Program-made: the position numbers and the translations under genes
Shown: piece by piece, positions 35,616-47,689 of the stretch
How positions within the stretch are numbered: position 1 is the stretch's first letter
How the letters are laid out: each line of letters starts with the position of its first letter
The notes under the pieces: generated by a model
Database searches by the model: none
The model's input: the letters and a program-made list of their open reading frames with translations, nothing else
Told to the model about the DNA's origin: nothing
Source of the DNA: Nemertoderma westbladi
Lineage: Eukaryota > Animalia > Xenacoelomorpha
NCBI GenBank assembly: GCA_032718475.1
Contig: JAUCBJ010001582.1
Location: 67,399-131,398 of the forward strand
DNA: 64,000 nucleotides
Reading direction: 5' to 3'

Positions 35616-38222
35616 GTAATAAAAAATTAATAATGTTATGGTGCAAAGTGGACTTCGTGTTCAGAATATACAATATACATAGGATTCACTGGGAAGGGCT
35701 ATTCATCTGGTGGGGTAATACTTTATACAAACTTACAGTTGATGTTTGCTTACTGTCTGGGTTAGAGTGATTTAGTAATAAATTTGGCAAGTAATATACT
35801 TCTCTGCAGTTTTGGGCTATCTATTCAATAAATAGTAGTAGCTTACTAGGCCCACATGAGTACCAGCAGCTGGTGTTTCTATCGTTGAGTTGATGGCAAT
35901 TATCATGTTTTCATTTTCGCTCACTCATGGTACTGGTTTGATGGGCAGGTTCGTTTAAAGCCAGCTTGCTGGCTTTCTAGTGAAACCTAAGTTCACTGGT
36001 ACGAAATCCAATATTGACCATTCTTATTTTTTTGCAAAAAAAAATTATTTTTATTTTTTCACTAAAATCGCTCTAACTTCGGTTCTAATGGTCCAAATTC
36101 AATATAATTGGTATATTCTTTGCCGTTATATATATAATTGGTATATTCTTTTTGTTCCCAAAAAAAATTAAAAAAAGGGCCAAAATGACGCGATATTTTT
36201 CGACCCTTAAAATTCGTAATTTTAATTATAAATGTTAAGAAAAAAGATAGCGGAGTTAATTTTCTACATTTTACAGGTAGTTTTGGCGCAAAAAGCTAAA
36301 TTATAATAGAACAGGGAATTATTAAGAAAAACACTTTTTTCGTCTCTTTTTTATAAATATTATATTTCACACGATCGATTGCCGCTCCATTTGTATAGTA
36401 CCTTCGGCGCTGCAATTAACGCTGTTAGATAGATAATTTAACGCACTATAAGTCTGTGTAAACAAATCTCCCGTAAGTTAGGTAGTTTTCGAGCAGGACG
36501 AGTTCCCGTGCAGCAAGTTTGAAGCGCGAAATTTTAATATTGGCCCTCATTTTTTTAATATCGTTTGCGCAGCAAAATATTTGGATTCCCCGTATCGATA
36601 TGAACCGTATAAAATGTACCTTAACCTTCTAGGATTAAAAATAAAAACGTTATTAGTTATAAACTTTTTATAAATTTCTGGCCCTTTTTGGACCCTTTTG
36701 CCGACTTATTTTTTGTACCCCCATTCGAAAGGAAAGTAGACTCTGCGGTCTTTTACGCGTTCCGAAAAAGAATTGGCAGTATCCTATTCGCGTTGTCGAA
36801 TTAAAAATTTCGAAAATATTAATTATGTAAAAAAGATGGAAAAAACGGACAAAGTTACAGCCCCTTTTTCCACCCGAAATATTAATAAATATCTTACCCC
36901 TATTCGATACGAATATATTTATAAATTACCAAGGCACTCATGTTGACTTGTGACAGACTTAACATGTTCTGCAATATGTCAAGAACTATTCGCTCTGCGC
37001 TCTGCGCTTGTTTTGATGGCCGCCACTAAAACGGTCATTGCGGTTCTAATGAGCATAATATTAATGCAGTAGGAGAACTAAAAGAATCTAAATTTTGGTA
37101 TCTAACTAAGTTTGGACCCATTTGATGACATAGGATGCATACAGGAAGTTCTTTCTTGAGTCATTGATCTTTTATCAATGTGTTATATTGTTATAAATTT
37201 CATTATGGTGCATCGCGATGGCTCACAATTTTAACACTCTTGCAATCCGTAAAAATATAGACGAAATTCACAGAAATTTATTTTGCCATATTTTTTTTTA
37301 ACCATTTGGCAACTTTTGTGCACCGGTAAAAGAATGAAATCGAAAAAAAGTAAAAAACGCACCGCCCTTGTAGTGATGGATCAATGCCTATTATTCCACC
37401 CCGGGAAGTGATGGATCAGGGTCTATTATTCCACCCCATGAAGTGATGGACCAGGGTCTATTATTCCACCCGATGGCCTTGAATTTGGGTTGCCCTGGTC
37501 CCGAGACATCCGTCTTCCTCCAGGAGATCGGGAGCTGGCTCCACACTTCCACCCACAAACCAACAGTTCCTGTTGAGTTGTGTGCTGATGTTGTCACTCG
37601 CCATTATGATGGAAACGCTGCTCCATTATGGCGACATCTGACTCAGCCCAAGAAGCCCAAGGAGGACTGTTTGATCCCATTTCCGAATAAGCATATTTCT
37701 GAGATGTATAGCCTAGCCCTATGCCGCAATGTGGCCACTGTCCATACTCGTAGGTAGCAGTTCTCCACAGACGGTAATTCACCGCCTTTAGTTGTTGAAA
37801 ATTGTTTGGTACTATAATAAAATTATAACTACCTGTATTACGCTTAAGAATGAAAACAATTATTGGAATATGAATATGATATATATTGTTCCAAAACATT
37901 TGGAAATAAAATGGCATGCCCAATATAAATAAAATTATTAGTCTAAAAGGTCGCGCGTAAAATTAATTAAATACATGGCGTAACGTAGGTCGGAGGTGCA
38001 GCTAGGGATGGCTGGGCACGAGGTGTAGTGGTCGGCGGAGTTGGCTGGCTGGTCGAATTATTAATTGATTATTGGAATATTGTTCATAAAAAATTTAAAT
38101 TAATAATTTATTGTAATTTTAATTTGCACATTTGACGTAACTTATAGAACGATGTACAGGTACTTACTTTTGCATTTTTGAATCAATATATGCAATGCAC
38201 TTTCTATGCAAACGCATTTCAG

Positions 38223-38301
38223 ATATGTGATTGATATAGTTGTCGGTGAACATGACCTAGATGCCACCAGTGGATCTGAACAAACAATACGTGTATCTGA
38301 A
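38223..38301 (+). CDS. Trypsin-like (S1A) serine protease, internal exon
   Basis: tttcAG|A TAT GTG... translates YVIDIVVGEHDLDATSGSEQTIRVSE|GTTAGT, the typical VxGEHD...EQ segment. Ends in phase 0. Confidence 0.8.
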
Positions 38302-39330
38302 GTTAGTATTCATCATTTCATAAACGCAATAAATTAAATATTTGGTATTTTAGTGTTTTCCCGATCAGTTGTTCGTTACAACAGCTGTATAGCTTGAATG
38401 ACTCTGGATTATGTTTTCCAGTAAATATTATATATATATATATATATATATAATAAAAATAAAATAATAGGAAGGCATTTTATACAACCATGTTCAGCAT
38501 GATCCGGTCTCTTAAATATAATTTTGAGTTGAACAAAGTATATTTTTGACAGACCAATATCAAGCAATTAAAATAAAGTATGTTTTTTAATACGATATTC
38601 CGAGTCAACGTGACTCTTATCCATGTATTCAAAAATAATTGACATTTTATTCGATAGACCACTTCACATTTAAATGCATTTAATAATTACAGTACCTTGC
38701 TTATTAAACGTTATCAATTAACCGTCAAATGTTATCAATATGAAATATATCATAGGTGTTCGTAGACAATTAAATTGGTTAAATTTTAATATTGGCAATA
38801 TTTCAATTAAATTGTAATAATGTATTATATTATACTTACATAAAAACATCCCTTATGTAAGGTTTAATTTAACAAACAGATAATACAAAGATGCAGTTGT
38901 TATTGTTGGTGCGCCGGGGAAATATTATCTGTTCTGTTCTTAATTAATAAAGCTTTGTAGCCCCTTACTGTACATTCTCAGTATTTTATTTATTGTCAGT
39001 GACTTTTTTTTGTAGACAGTTGGTCTTGTTCTGAGTCTCCAAATCCCCTGGTGAGTCCCCTGTTTGACTCCTTAATATCATTGGTTTTCTCTTGTCAGTA
39101 TTAACAGATTTTTGGACAACTATTACATCAGAAATATTCACCATTAAACAAAAATCCAAATTGCATGGACGAATCTGAACAGTCAAATAATGTTGACATA
39201 TTTAAAAAATGTAATTTACCCTTAAACGCAACAGCACTTAGGTATTAATTAATTTAAAGGCTATTTTGTATAAAAATATTAATAAATTATAAAAAATAAA
39301 AATAAAACACTACATTCCCTACAGCCGAGT

Positions 39331-39560
39331 ATCCTTGTTTCAGAAGTACATGGATCCTTGTTTCAGAAGTACATGGATCCTTGTTTCAGAAGTACATGGA
39401 TCCTTGTTTTAGAAGTATACATGGATTCTTGTTTCAGAAGTACATAGATCCTTGTTTCAGAAGTACATGGATTCTTGTTTCAGAAGTACATGGATCCTTG
39501 TTTCAGAAGTACATGGATTCTTGTTTCAGAAGTACATGGATCCTTGTTTCAGAAGTACAT
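39331..39560. repeat. 23-bp minisatellite, left part
   Basis: Unit TCCTTGTTTCAGAAGTACATGGA; resumes at 59550. Confidence 0.95.
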
Positions 39561-40450
39561 TGTAAAAGCTTTTGCGGACATAACAAGTCATTTTTCCCCG
39601 CAATGCGCAGTGTAGGTGCTTTTGCGGACATAACAAGTCATTTTTGCCGCAATGCGCATAATACTCTAAAGGACTGGAGCTCAGATGACGAAATCTGTCA
39701 GCTGATTTCCTGTAGAAGTGGAACCTCTTTGTTCTGCCTATTTAGCCAATCAGAGCGATTTTCACTTTATGTTGTCCAGGAGCCTACGGGAATCCGCGCA
39801 ATGCATTACGGTCTTTGTTTTACTTTTCTGAGCCTCAGAACACCGGCTTGGAATTCTTCTGTGCTTCTGTTTGGAAGTTTCAGACTTTGGCCAAAACATT
39901 AGATGGCTTTGATTATAAGAACGTAAATCTATTATCATACCACTCCGGTCATATTATTTCATGGAACACTGCATAAGCAACACATACTGACTGTTCACCG
40001 CATTATTTTACTTCTGTTTACGGTCTGTTATTAATTGTCGTTATATTGATGTATATTGCTGATATATTTGGAGAATACCAATAAATAATCATAAAACCCC
40101 CAATCTTCTTGATTACTGAAGGTAAGAGGAATCGGTTACCGGTAGCAATTGCGACTTACATTATAGTGGTTTTTTGTGTGAATTAAATGCTATTTCATAA
40201 TCCCTACATGTGTCAGTTGCGATCCTCCTTATATATGATCAAATTCAGTGATAGTCGGCAGATCAGTGTGAAGTAGTGTGAAGTCGTGTGACAGATAATA
40301 AAGCATCTCCTAAAGAATGCGCTATTTACGAAACTCTGTGGCCATCTCGTTGTGATTAGTATAAGTCATAACTCTGTTTTATATACTTAAAGCGCCACGT
40401 CCTAAAGGAACTGTTAATATTTCCCCGAAAGTAAATATATTGTCAGAGAT
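39561..40450 (+). mobile_element. Solo LTR of a sister BEL family, 5' portion (split by element 2)
   Basis: Begins TGTAAAAGCTT. It is a diverged reverse complement of 40696-41730; for example, GCGCCACGTCCTAAAGGAACTGTTAATATTTCCC is shared exactly. Confidence 0.88.
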
Positions 40451-41730
40451 TGTACGCGCTTTTGGAAGACCTTTAGCAGTTTAACCTGCCAAAATTTATA
40501 TGTCTTTTGGTTTATAAATCGACTCTAGAAGATGACAATATTTAATACCAATAAACACAACATTAGCAGAAGCCAGCCTAGTGCGCGTCCATTCACCCGC
40601 TGGATAATCCCGGGAGACTGGATTCTGAGGGCTTAGATTATTATTGCAGTGAAGCTTACGGTATTGTATTATTCGATTGATCGTTAATAAATAATTTCTG
40701 ACTAATATTATTCACTTTCGGGAAATATTAACAGTTCCTTTAGGACGTGGCGCTCTATCTAGATAGACAGAGATATGACTTACACTAATCACAACGGTAA
40801 GTCGGTAAGGCTTATGATTCACGTATGAGGCGCATTCTTTAGGAAATGCTTAGTTATCAGCCACAATCATGTACGCTACCGGTAACACACAATACTGCTC
40901 ACTAACTTGCCGACCGTCAATGAATTTTATCATATATAAAGAAAATAGCAACAGACCAATGTAGTGCTTATCAAATAGCATTAAATTCAATACACACCAC
41001 AATAATATAAGTCGCAATCGCTATATATAACCCGTCTTTCTAACCTGTAGTGTATCAAGAGAATTGGGAAATTTGGGTTCTTTATAAATGTTCTCCAGAT
41101 AATATTCAATCAACTGATATAAAATATGACAACAGTAAAAACATTAAGACGGTAGGTTAAGATATAATATGAACAGATATGTACAGTGATATATTAAGAA
41201 TTGTGCCGCCGATTTGATTTGATATATGAATTGTTGATTTGATAACAGTCATACGCTCTATAATCTTAAGCCTACTAATGTTTCTTTTTAGAGCCGTTGT
41301 TTCTGGCTTAGACAGCAATAACAACAAAGTATCAGTAAAAAACTGTAAGACTGAACAATCCCAGTATCATCGTCTCAAAGCTCCACATCGACAGAGAGAA
41401 TCGCTCTGATTGGCTGAAGCCAAACAAAGAACCATGCGTCCAATGGCTGTTTCCATTTAAGCAACCAGCTGTTAGATGTCGTAATCTGAATCATCACGGC
41501 TAAGCTGTGTAAAAGTATTGCCGTATTGCGGGTTTTTTGCCTTACCATGTCCGCTAAAACACGTATATAGAAGAATGACTTTTATGTCCGTTAAAAACAC
41601 CTGTAACGGTACCTTGCGGGCAAGGGGAATATATATACAGTTAGAGAACCCCTTTAGAGTATTTCAGCGCCTAGGGGGAAACTGGATTGCGAAGCAAAGG
41701 GGCCAGTTATATCCCACAGAAGCTTTTACA
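40451..41730 (-). repeat. Element 2 3' LTR (1280 bp)
   Basis: Direct repeat of 58036-59318; PPT-like CTGGGAGCGG lies immediately upstream (41731-41740). Confidence 0.97.
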
Positions 41731-41808
41731 CCGCTCCCAGAAAATGGGATTTGAGTCTATTAATATACAAAAATCACGGTTTCTAATATACGTAAATACT
41801 CTAAACAG

Positions 41809-44800
41809 TTAGTCTTTCTTGCGCGGACGGCGTTTACGCAGTTTTTTAAAGCTAGCAAGAGTCCTTTTCTCTTTGGGGCGAGCCACTTTACAAGGAGGGC
41901 TATAACTCCTGGGTGAAGGGTGCAATATGATTGCATCAGAGGGTGTAGGATTATGGTCTGTGTATCCGCCAGTCGAAGTACCGGGTTGATTGACATCGAC
42001 ATCAGGTGAGAGGGGTCTAATGGCTTTGAGAGCTCGTTTCAAGACAGCCGCTCTGACGGGTCCTTTACGCGTGGTCTGAACAAGGGCCGTGGGTGGACCA
42101 TAGGCGGTCAGAAACTTCCGAGGTTTAATGGTCCTTTCCAACTCGCGTTCGCGGGCTCGGTATTCGTAAGGCCGTCGATATACTTCCTGTAACTCAGGGT
42201 GTGAGTTAACAAACAAGTCTCCATAGTCCGGATCCTGACGGATATAATTGATTAAGTTATAGGAATGAAGGTCGCTAGGATTAACACTCCTGAGAAATTT
42301 GCGTACGAATTTGGTTGAAATACATTCTCCGACGCGCTTTATTAGCTCGTAACTCGATATGCGTGATTTCTGTTCGACCGAGGCGAAGAGATAAGGATGG
42401 AACGCATAAACTCCTTCATAAGCGCGTCCGGGATAATAGCGATGGCGCGAATCACAATGTAAATCAGCGTTCGCTTCCCAAGCTCTGATGTAACGTAGTG
42501 TGATCATTTCATCTACGCTTTCCAAGTCGTGATTAAAAGGGCAATCGAAACTGGCATGTCCCTTTAGTTGACAATGGTGACATTGAGTCATAAATTGAGG
42601 GCAAACGGCAAAGATATGCAAGTTATTGAGTCTGCAATATGCGCAATAAATTTCCATAGTTGGTTGTTCTTGGAAATAGGAACAGCGGACGTTGGTATCC
42701 ATGGGCGTATCGTGGTCTCTCGATGCGCATAACCGACAACGTTGCCTAGAAACATATTTGGCATGGCGATAATCGTACGCAGTGAGACACTGTGGACCTT
42801 GATACCATTCGATGATATAGTCGTTGTCGCTGTTCCGGGGCGTGATAGGCTGAATCTCCTCAGATTCTAGACATATTGGTTCGTCTTCTAAGTGCATAGA
42901 TGAGGTGGGCGTGTCTGTCTCCTTGGGTGGACCTATTGTCTGAATTTCTACGACAGAATAACCGGTGGGGATTCGAGGTCTTTGTAGAACAGAGGAGTGC
43001 AGGTTCGATGTACAAATCTCCTGGAAAATGGCGAATCCAGCGCTATCCAACTTCTCTGCAGCTGAGTCTCTTAGGCTGATCTTGGTTAAAGCGCGGTCTT
43101 TAAATTGGCTATCCACGTTGCGGAACGGGGTTAAAAATCGCCGGAAACATTCGAAACGAATGAATTTATTATGTTCATCTAGTTTAGCGAGTTTGGTCCC
43201 AAGTATTAATGGATGGGCGCGTATGGTACGACTGCACACATCGGCTAGCCAACCGGCAAGTGCGGTGTTTTCAAAGATCGTGTATATAGCTAAGGAGGGA
43301 CGGAGTGGAACACTCATGAAGCTATACACGGCGCCAGGTGCGGTCAATGGTCCATCAAAGTATAATCGAGAATAATGGTCTCCGTATACTTGTTGATAGT
43401 TAATGGGATTTCCGACTTTGAAATTCCATCCGTATTCCTGAAAGGCAAGATGCCCGATGGAAGTCCGTTGCACCTTGGTAATGTTGCTAGACGTATTAGC
43501 ATACATGGTGCGGAAGAAACCTCGACCTTCTGCCCAGGGGGCAATCAGCTGAGTATCAACGAAAGGGTATGGAATGTCCTCCATATTCCGAAAGTCGTTT
43601 TGGAGATCTCCATAAACAGCTGAGCCGATTTTAAGGATTCTTTCGTTGAACAACATCTCGAGTACGGGCTGGGGTAACATCGATCCATCGATGCCCATGG
43701 CCGGTTTGCGTTCGGTGTCAATGACGTAACGCTGCGCGAGTTCGAATTGTCCATGTCGGAGATTCTTTTGTAACTCGGTAAGAGTTTCAAAAGAATAATC
43801 AATCAAGTCGGAACAAGCTCGAGTAAACATGTGGGTAGAACCAGCTAATCCGCGGATGTGGATCATGCGCGTAGTTCCTAGCTCTCCGACCGGAACGCTA
43901 CCTTCATTATCGTAGGTGACAACTCCATACATCTCGATAACATTAAGAGTTTCATTCCACTCCTTGGTGGCGTTCTCTAGGGTCATCCCTACTGGATGCC
44001 ACAAGGTGGCGCATTGGTTAGCGTCAGGGAGATCACTATACTTCATATGCCGAGTGGTATACGTCTCCACAGTTCCATATCTTTGTATTTTCTCTTCTTC
44101 AAATAATACATCTAGATTCCAATGGACTAATCGAATTTTAATAAATCCATCGAGGTTATAAGGAGTTTCTATATCTTTCTCGATTCGCGAAATGTTATAT
44201 GGTTTTCTAAATGAGTTTACTTTTACTAACTGATCCAGATGTTTCTGCAATTGTTCGAGTTCGACAATGTCTAGAGGATTTATTAGTGGTAGAAACTTTA
44301 AATCATGTGCCGGGTCTTCTGGTTTTACCATATAATATTGAGTCGGATTAACGTAATAAGGGTGGTCTTTAATCCCGTAAAACGAGTTCTGCAAAGGTCT
44401 AGCGCGTATGTTGACATCGTGTACCATACGACGGACAAGATCCGCTCGATTGTCCGGAGGTTCAACGAGTATACCGTCAACACGAGCGGCCTCGATCGGC
44501 GGACGCTGTAACATAGGGGCGTCAGCGATAAGATTTTGCGATCCTGTACTGATATCAACCGGTTGAGGTTGTATCGTCGCGAAGAGCTTGTCTCATGTGG
44601 AATCATAGAGGGATGACGAATGGTTTTAGAGTAGAGATCCGTCATGAGGATTTGAGCTTCAGGCTGAGCTAAAGCGGCTTCTTCTCTCTCTTCCAGTTTC
44701 GTATGTTTCTCCTCGAGTAGAATTTCTTCCGCTTGTCTCTGTAAGCGTTCATCTAAGAATTCTTGGAGAGAATACGTGCGTCCAAGCTCGATGTCTTCCT

Positions 44801-46059
44801 CGAGGTTTCGGATTTCTCTATCGAACTGGGGTAAGGCTAACTCCTTCACCGCTTGGACTTGTTGTTGTAATTTACGTTTCTCTAAACAATCTTGTGTTCC
44901 CTTTCCGATTTTCTGTCGAATGGCATCTAAAGCGTTTCTTATAACGCTCTCCTCGACTTCCGTGGCGGGTTGTATCGGGTTTAATCCTGGACGATTGTAA
45001 GGATCAAAGGGCGATATTAACTGCCCGCGTCCCAATCCGGCTAAGTAGGATGGGCGGATGTCTAACGAACCTACTACCGGAGCACCACCGATTAGTTGTT
45101 CGGGTAACACTAAGTCTTTGAACAGGGAATATAGTTCGGGAGGATCAGTGATACTGTTAGGATCAAGAGTTTGAGGTCTCACTAGGGAATGAGGAGGCCT
45201 GACCGAGTATTCCAGAACTCTGATCATGGGTTTATTCAGTGATCGTTTAAGACGAGCGATCGTGGGCGGTACGTCGAACAGGTTTCGCTCAAAACTCCCG
45301 TAAGTGTGACGCGTAAAAACTATGTTTGGCGCAACGTCTCCGTGGATGTTTATGTCTTTCAATTTGTTGGTTGGGTCTAGGGCATTCGTCGCAATAATAC
45401 CAAAGACGCACATCCTGTAGAGGAAACGCGGGTGATCGTTCTCCAGTTTTGCAGTATTCTTCCATTTGTTCAAAACTGTCTGGGATAACAGGTAGCGGAC
45501 GATCGGCGGTAAGATACATCATAGTGAAATAGAGCCGTTTGAGTTCTACCATAGGGTCGTGATGTATACCTTGAGGATATCGAGTCTCTAAGTTCTGCTG
45601 ACTAGCGACGTTGAGATAGATTTCTCTCAAAAACTCTAAGTATTCGTTGAAGTCGATGCGTTTATCCGGTTCTTCAACGTTTTCTCTTTCCAGTCTATTA
45701 CGAATAGAATTTTCGTGATCTATTCTCGGTTTATCGTTACGACTCCGCTGGGTATGATATTTAAATAGAACCATTTCTCTTTCTGTATCTATATCGTCCG
45801 TATCATGTAAATCGATAGGATGGCCGGTCGTTAGGAAGTCCATATACGTACCATTACGATTCGTATAGCGAGTGGTGAATTTTCGATAGTCCAATTCACG
45901 CGCAAGTTGCTCTTGGGACATCGGCGGTTCGATATAACGACCATCGTACTCCGTAATGGTTGGATCGGCTTCACCGCGTATTAAGCTATCCACAAATGCT
46001 TGCAAAGGTAGAGTATATCGCTCCCTAATACCGAGATCATCTTCTATTAACTCCGTCAT
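41809..46059 (-). CDS. Element 2 accessory ORF region (~1400 codons): Cys/His domain, coiled coil, DnaQ/WRN-like exonuclease, CCHC knuckles, basic tail
   Basis: The 256-aa and 901-aa ORFs share a frame and are bridged by the overlapping 382-aa ORF. Motifs are YDNEG, LPQPVLEMLFNERILKIGSAVYGDL, FVDTQLIA, YTIFE, CHHCQLKGHASFDC and KKLRKRRPRKK. Confidence 0.78.
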
Positions 46060-47689
46060 ATCTGCTATCTGAGTTTATCAATATCAAATAAGTTTGTATT
46101 TAGGCAAGCGGGCGTCGCTGCCTACTTTCTTTGCCCCCGGACAGTGGGATTCTCAGCGCCGATGTACCGTCGTCGCGGTGTTTACGCCAACATGTAGCAA
46201 CAGCACGACGACGATAACCGGCACAAGTCACACCACTGTCCGTCCCAAAGGCTTGGATCCACTTAGGTTCTTTCTATAGGAAAGTTGGATTATTTTTACA
46301 ATTGCGACTAGCTACTGTAAACATACTTTAGTAGTAACATTCACCTACAAACGCACAAATTCAACACAACTGCAACAAACCGCACACATTCGGGCCATTT
46401 GTCCGTTAGTCAGTACCTTCCAGAATGTCACTGTATTTATTATGTATCCTTGGATACTATCGGTGCGCTATTTATTCCCTATGTTATTCAATGGGGTATG
46501 TCTTCTATTGTTCTTTTAACTCAATTCTAATTCTAGCGTGGGTGTTGCTATGGTGACATTATGGAAAGCTAGCGGTAGAATTAGGGTAATTCTCATGCAT
46601 ACAGATCTGGGATGCTATTTAATAGTAATTCTTTAATTGTCAATATCCTCTTTATGCATGATTTTATTAATTTTATCGGCTATTGACTATATGTGGGAGA
46701 TTCTCGCACTCTAGTACACTCAATAGGATGAATCTCCGCTCCCATGATCTATTAATTAATGGAATTTTGGGAATGTTATAAATTGCACAAAACGACAATT
46801 TATGAAATTCATTTAAAATATGAATTTAAATTTATTCCCATGAATTTTATTATTTGATGTTAAAATTGACACAATTTGATTCCAGAGAAGGTCTGGGGAC
46901 ATAAGATCCTTAATTCTATGAGATTGTCTTTTAAGAGTATCGGTAAGTGCTACGATATCTTAATAGACTAGAATTGTTAACGGATCTGAATTTTACAGAT
47001 TTTAATAAATATTAAATTAATATTTAAGAATTTAAGATGGGCACCGATTTATTCCAGAACTTGTCTGGGGACGTTAACCACTGATTCTAGAATTTGTCTT
47101 TCAAGTATATCGGTGGGTGCCGCGATATCTTAATCGACTAGAATTACAGATGGTCAAAGTTTAACAGATTTATTTGCGTTTTACGCTACTGTTATATGGA
47201 CATCACGCTACTATATGTATTATTTAATATAAGGTAGAAGAGCAATATCGCACGAAGCAATGTCAGTGTGAAGAGGCAAGTCGTTTCCAAGGTCTACCCA
47301 GAGCTTGGTTTAGCCGAGACACGAGGATCTGAACTTTGCATTCCTAATACTCTGCCTACCAATAATACTTGAATATAGTAGTGGCTTTATTGTACTTTAA
47401 GAAGTACGGACATTTCATCTTACTGTAGTCACGTATTTATAATATGATACGGACAGTAAGGGAAGAGAAAAATAATTATTTCTCGCCGTCGCACTAAATA
47501 TATATTATAAGTAATTACGTACGTAATAAACACTAATATATTGCACTAATCTACTAAATAATCCCTAAAATAACATTCTACTAAATAAAAATTGAATAAA
47601 AACGATTATAATAAAGTACATAATAAAGTTCGCATATAAAATGTAATAAAATGGATAAATAACATAGTCATACACCCACTCCAGACGTG

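Noticed and set aside
35960-37400. Possible DNA-transposon remnant (also 60700-62100)
   Set aside because: Composition is suggestive, but I could not identify TIRs, TSDs or coding remnants.
41809-44514. Envelope glycoprotein
   Set aside because: No signal peptide, transmembrane helix or fusion-protein pattern; it has nuclease-like and zinc-knuckle motifs instead.
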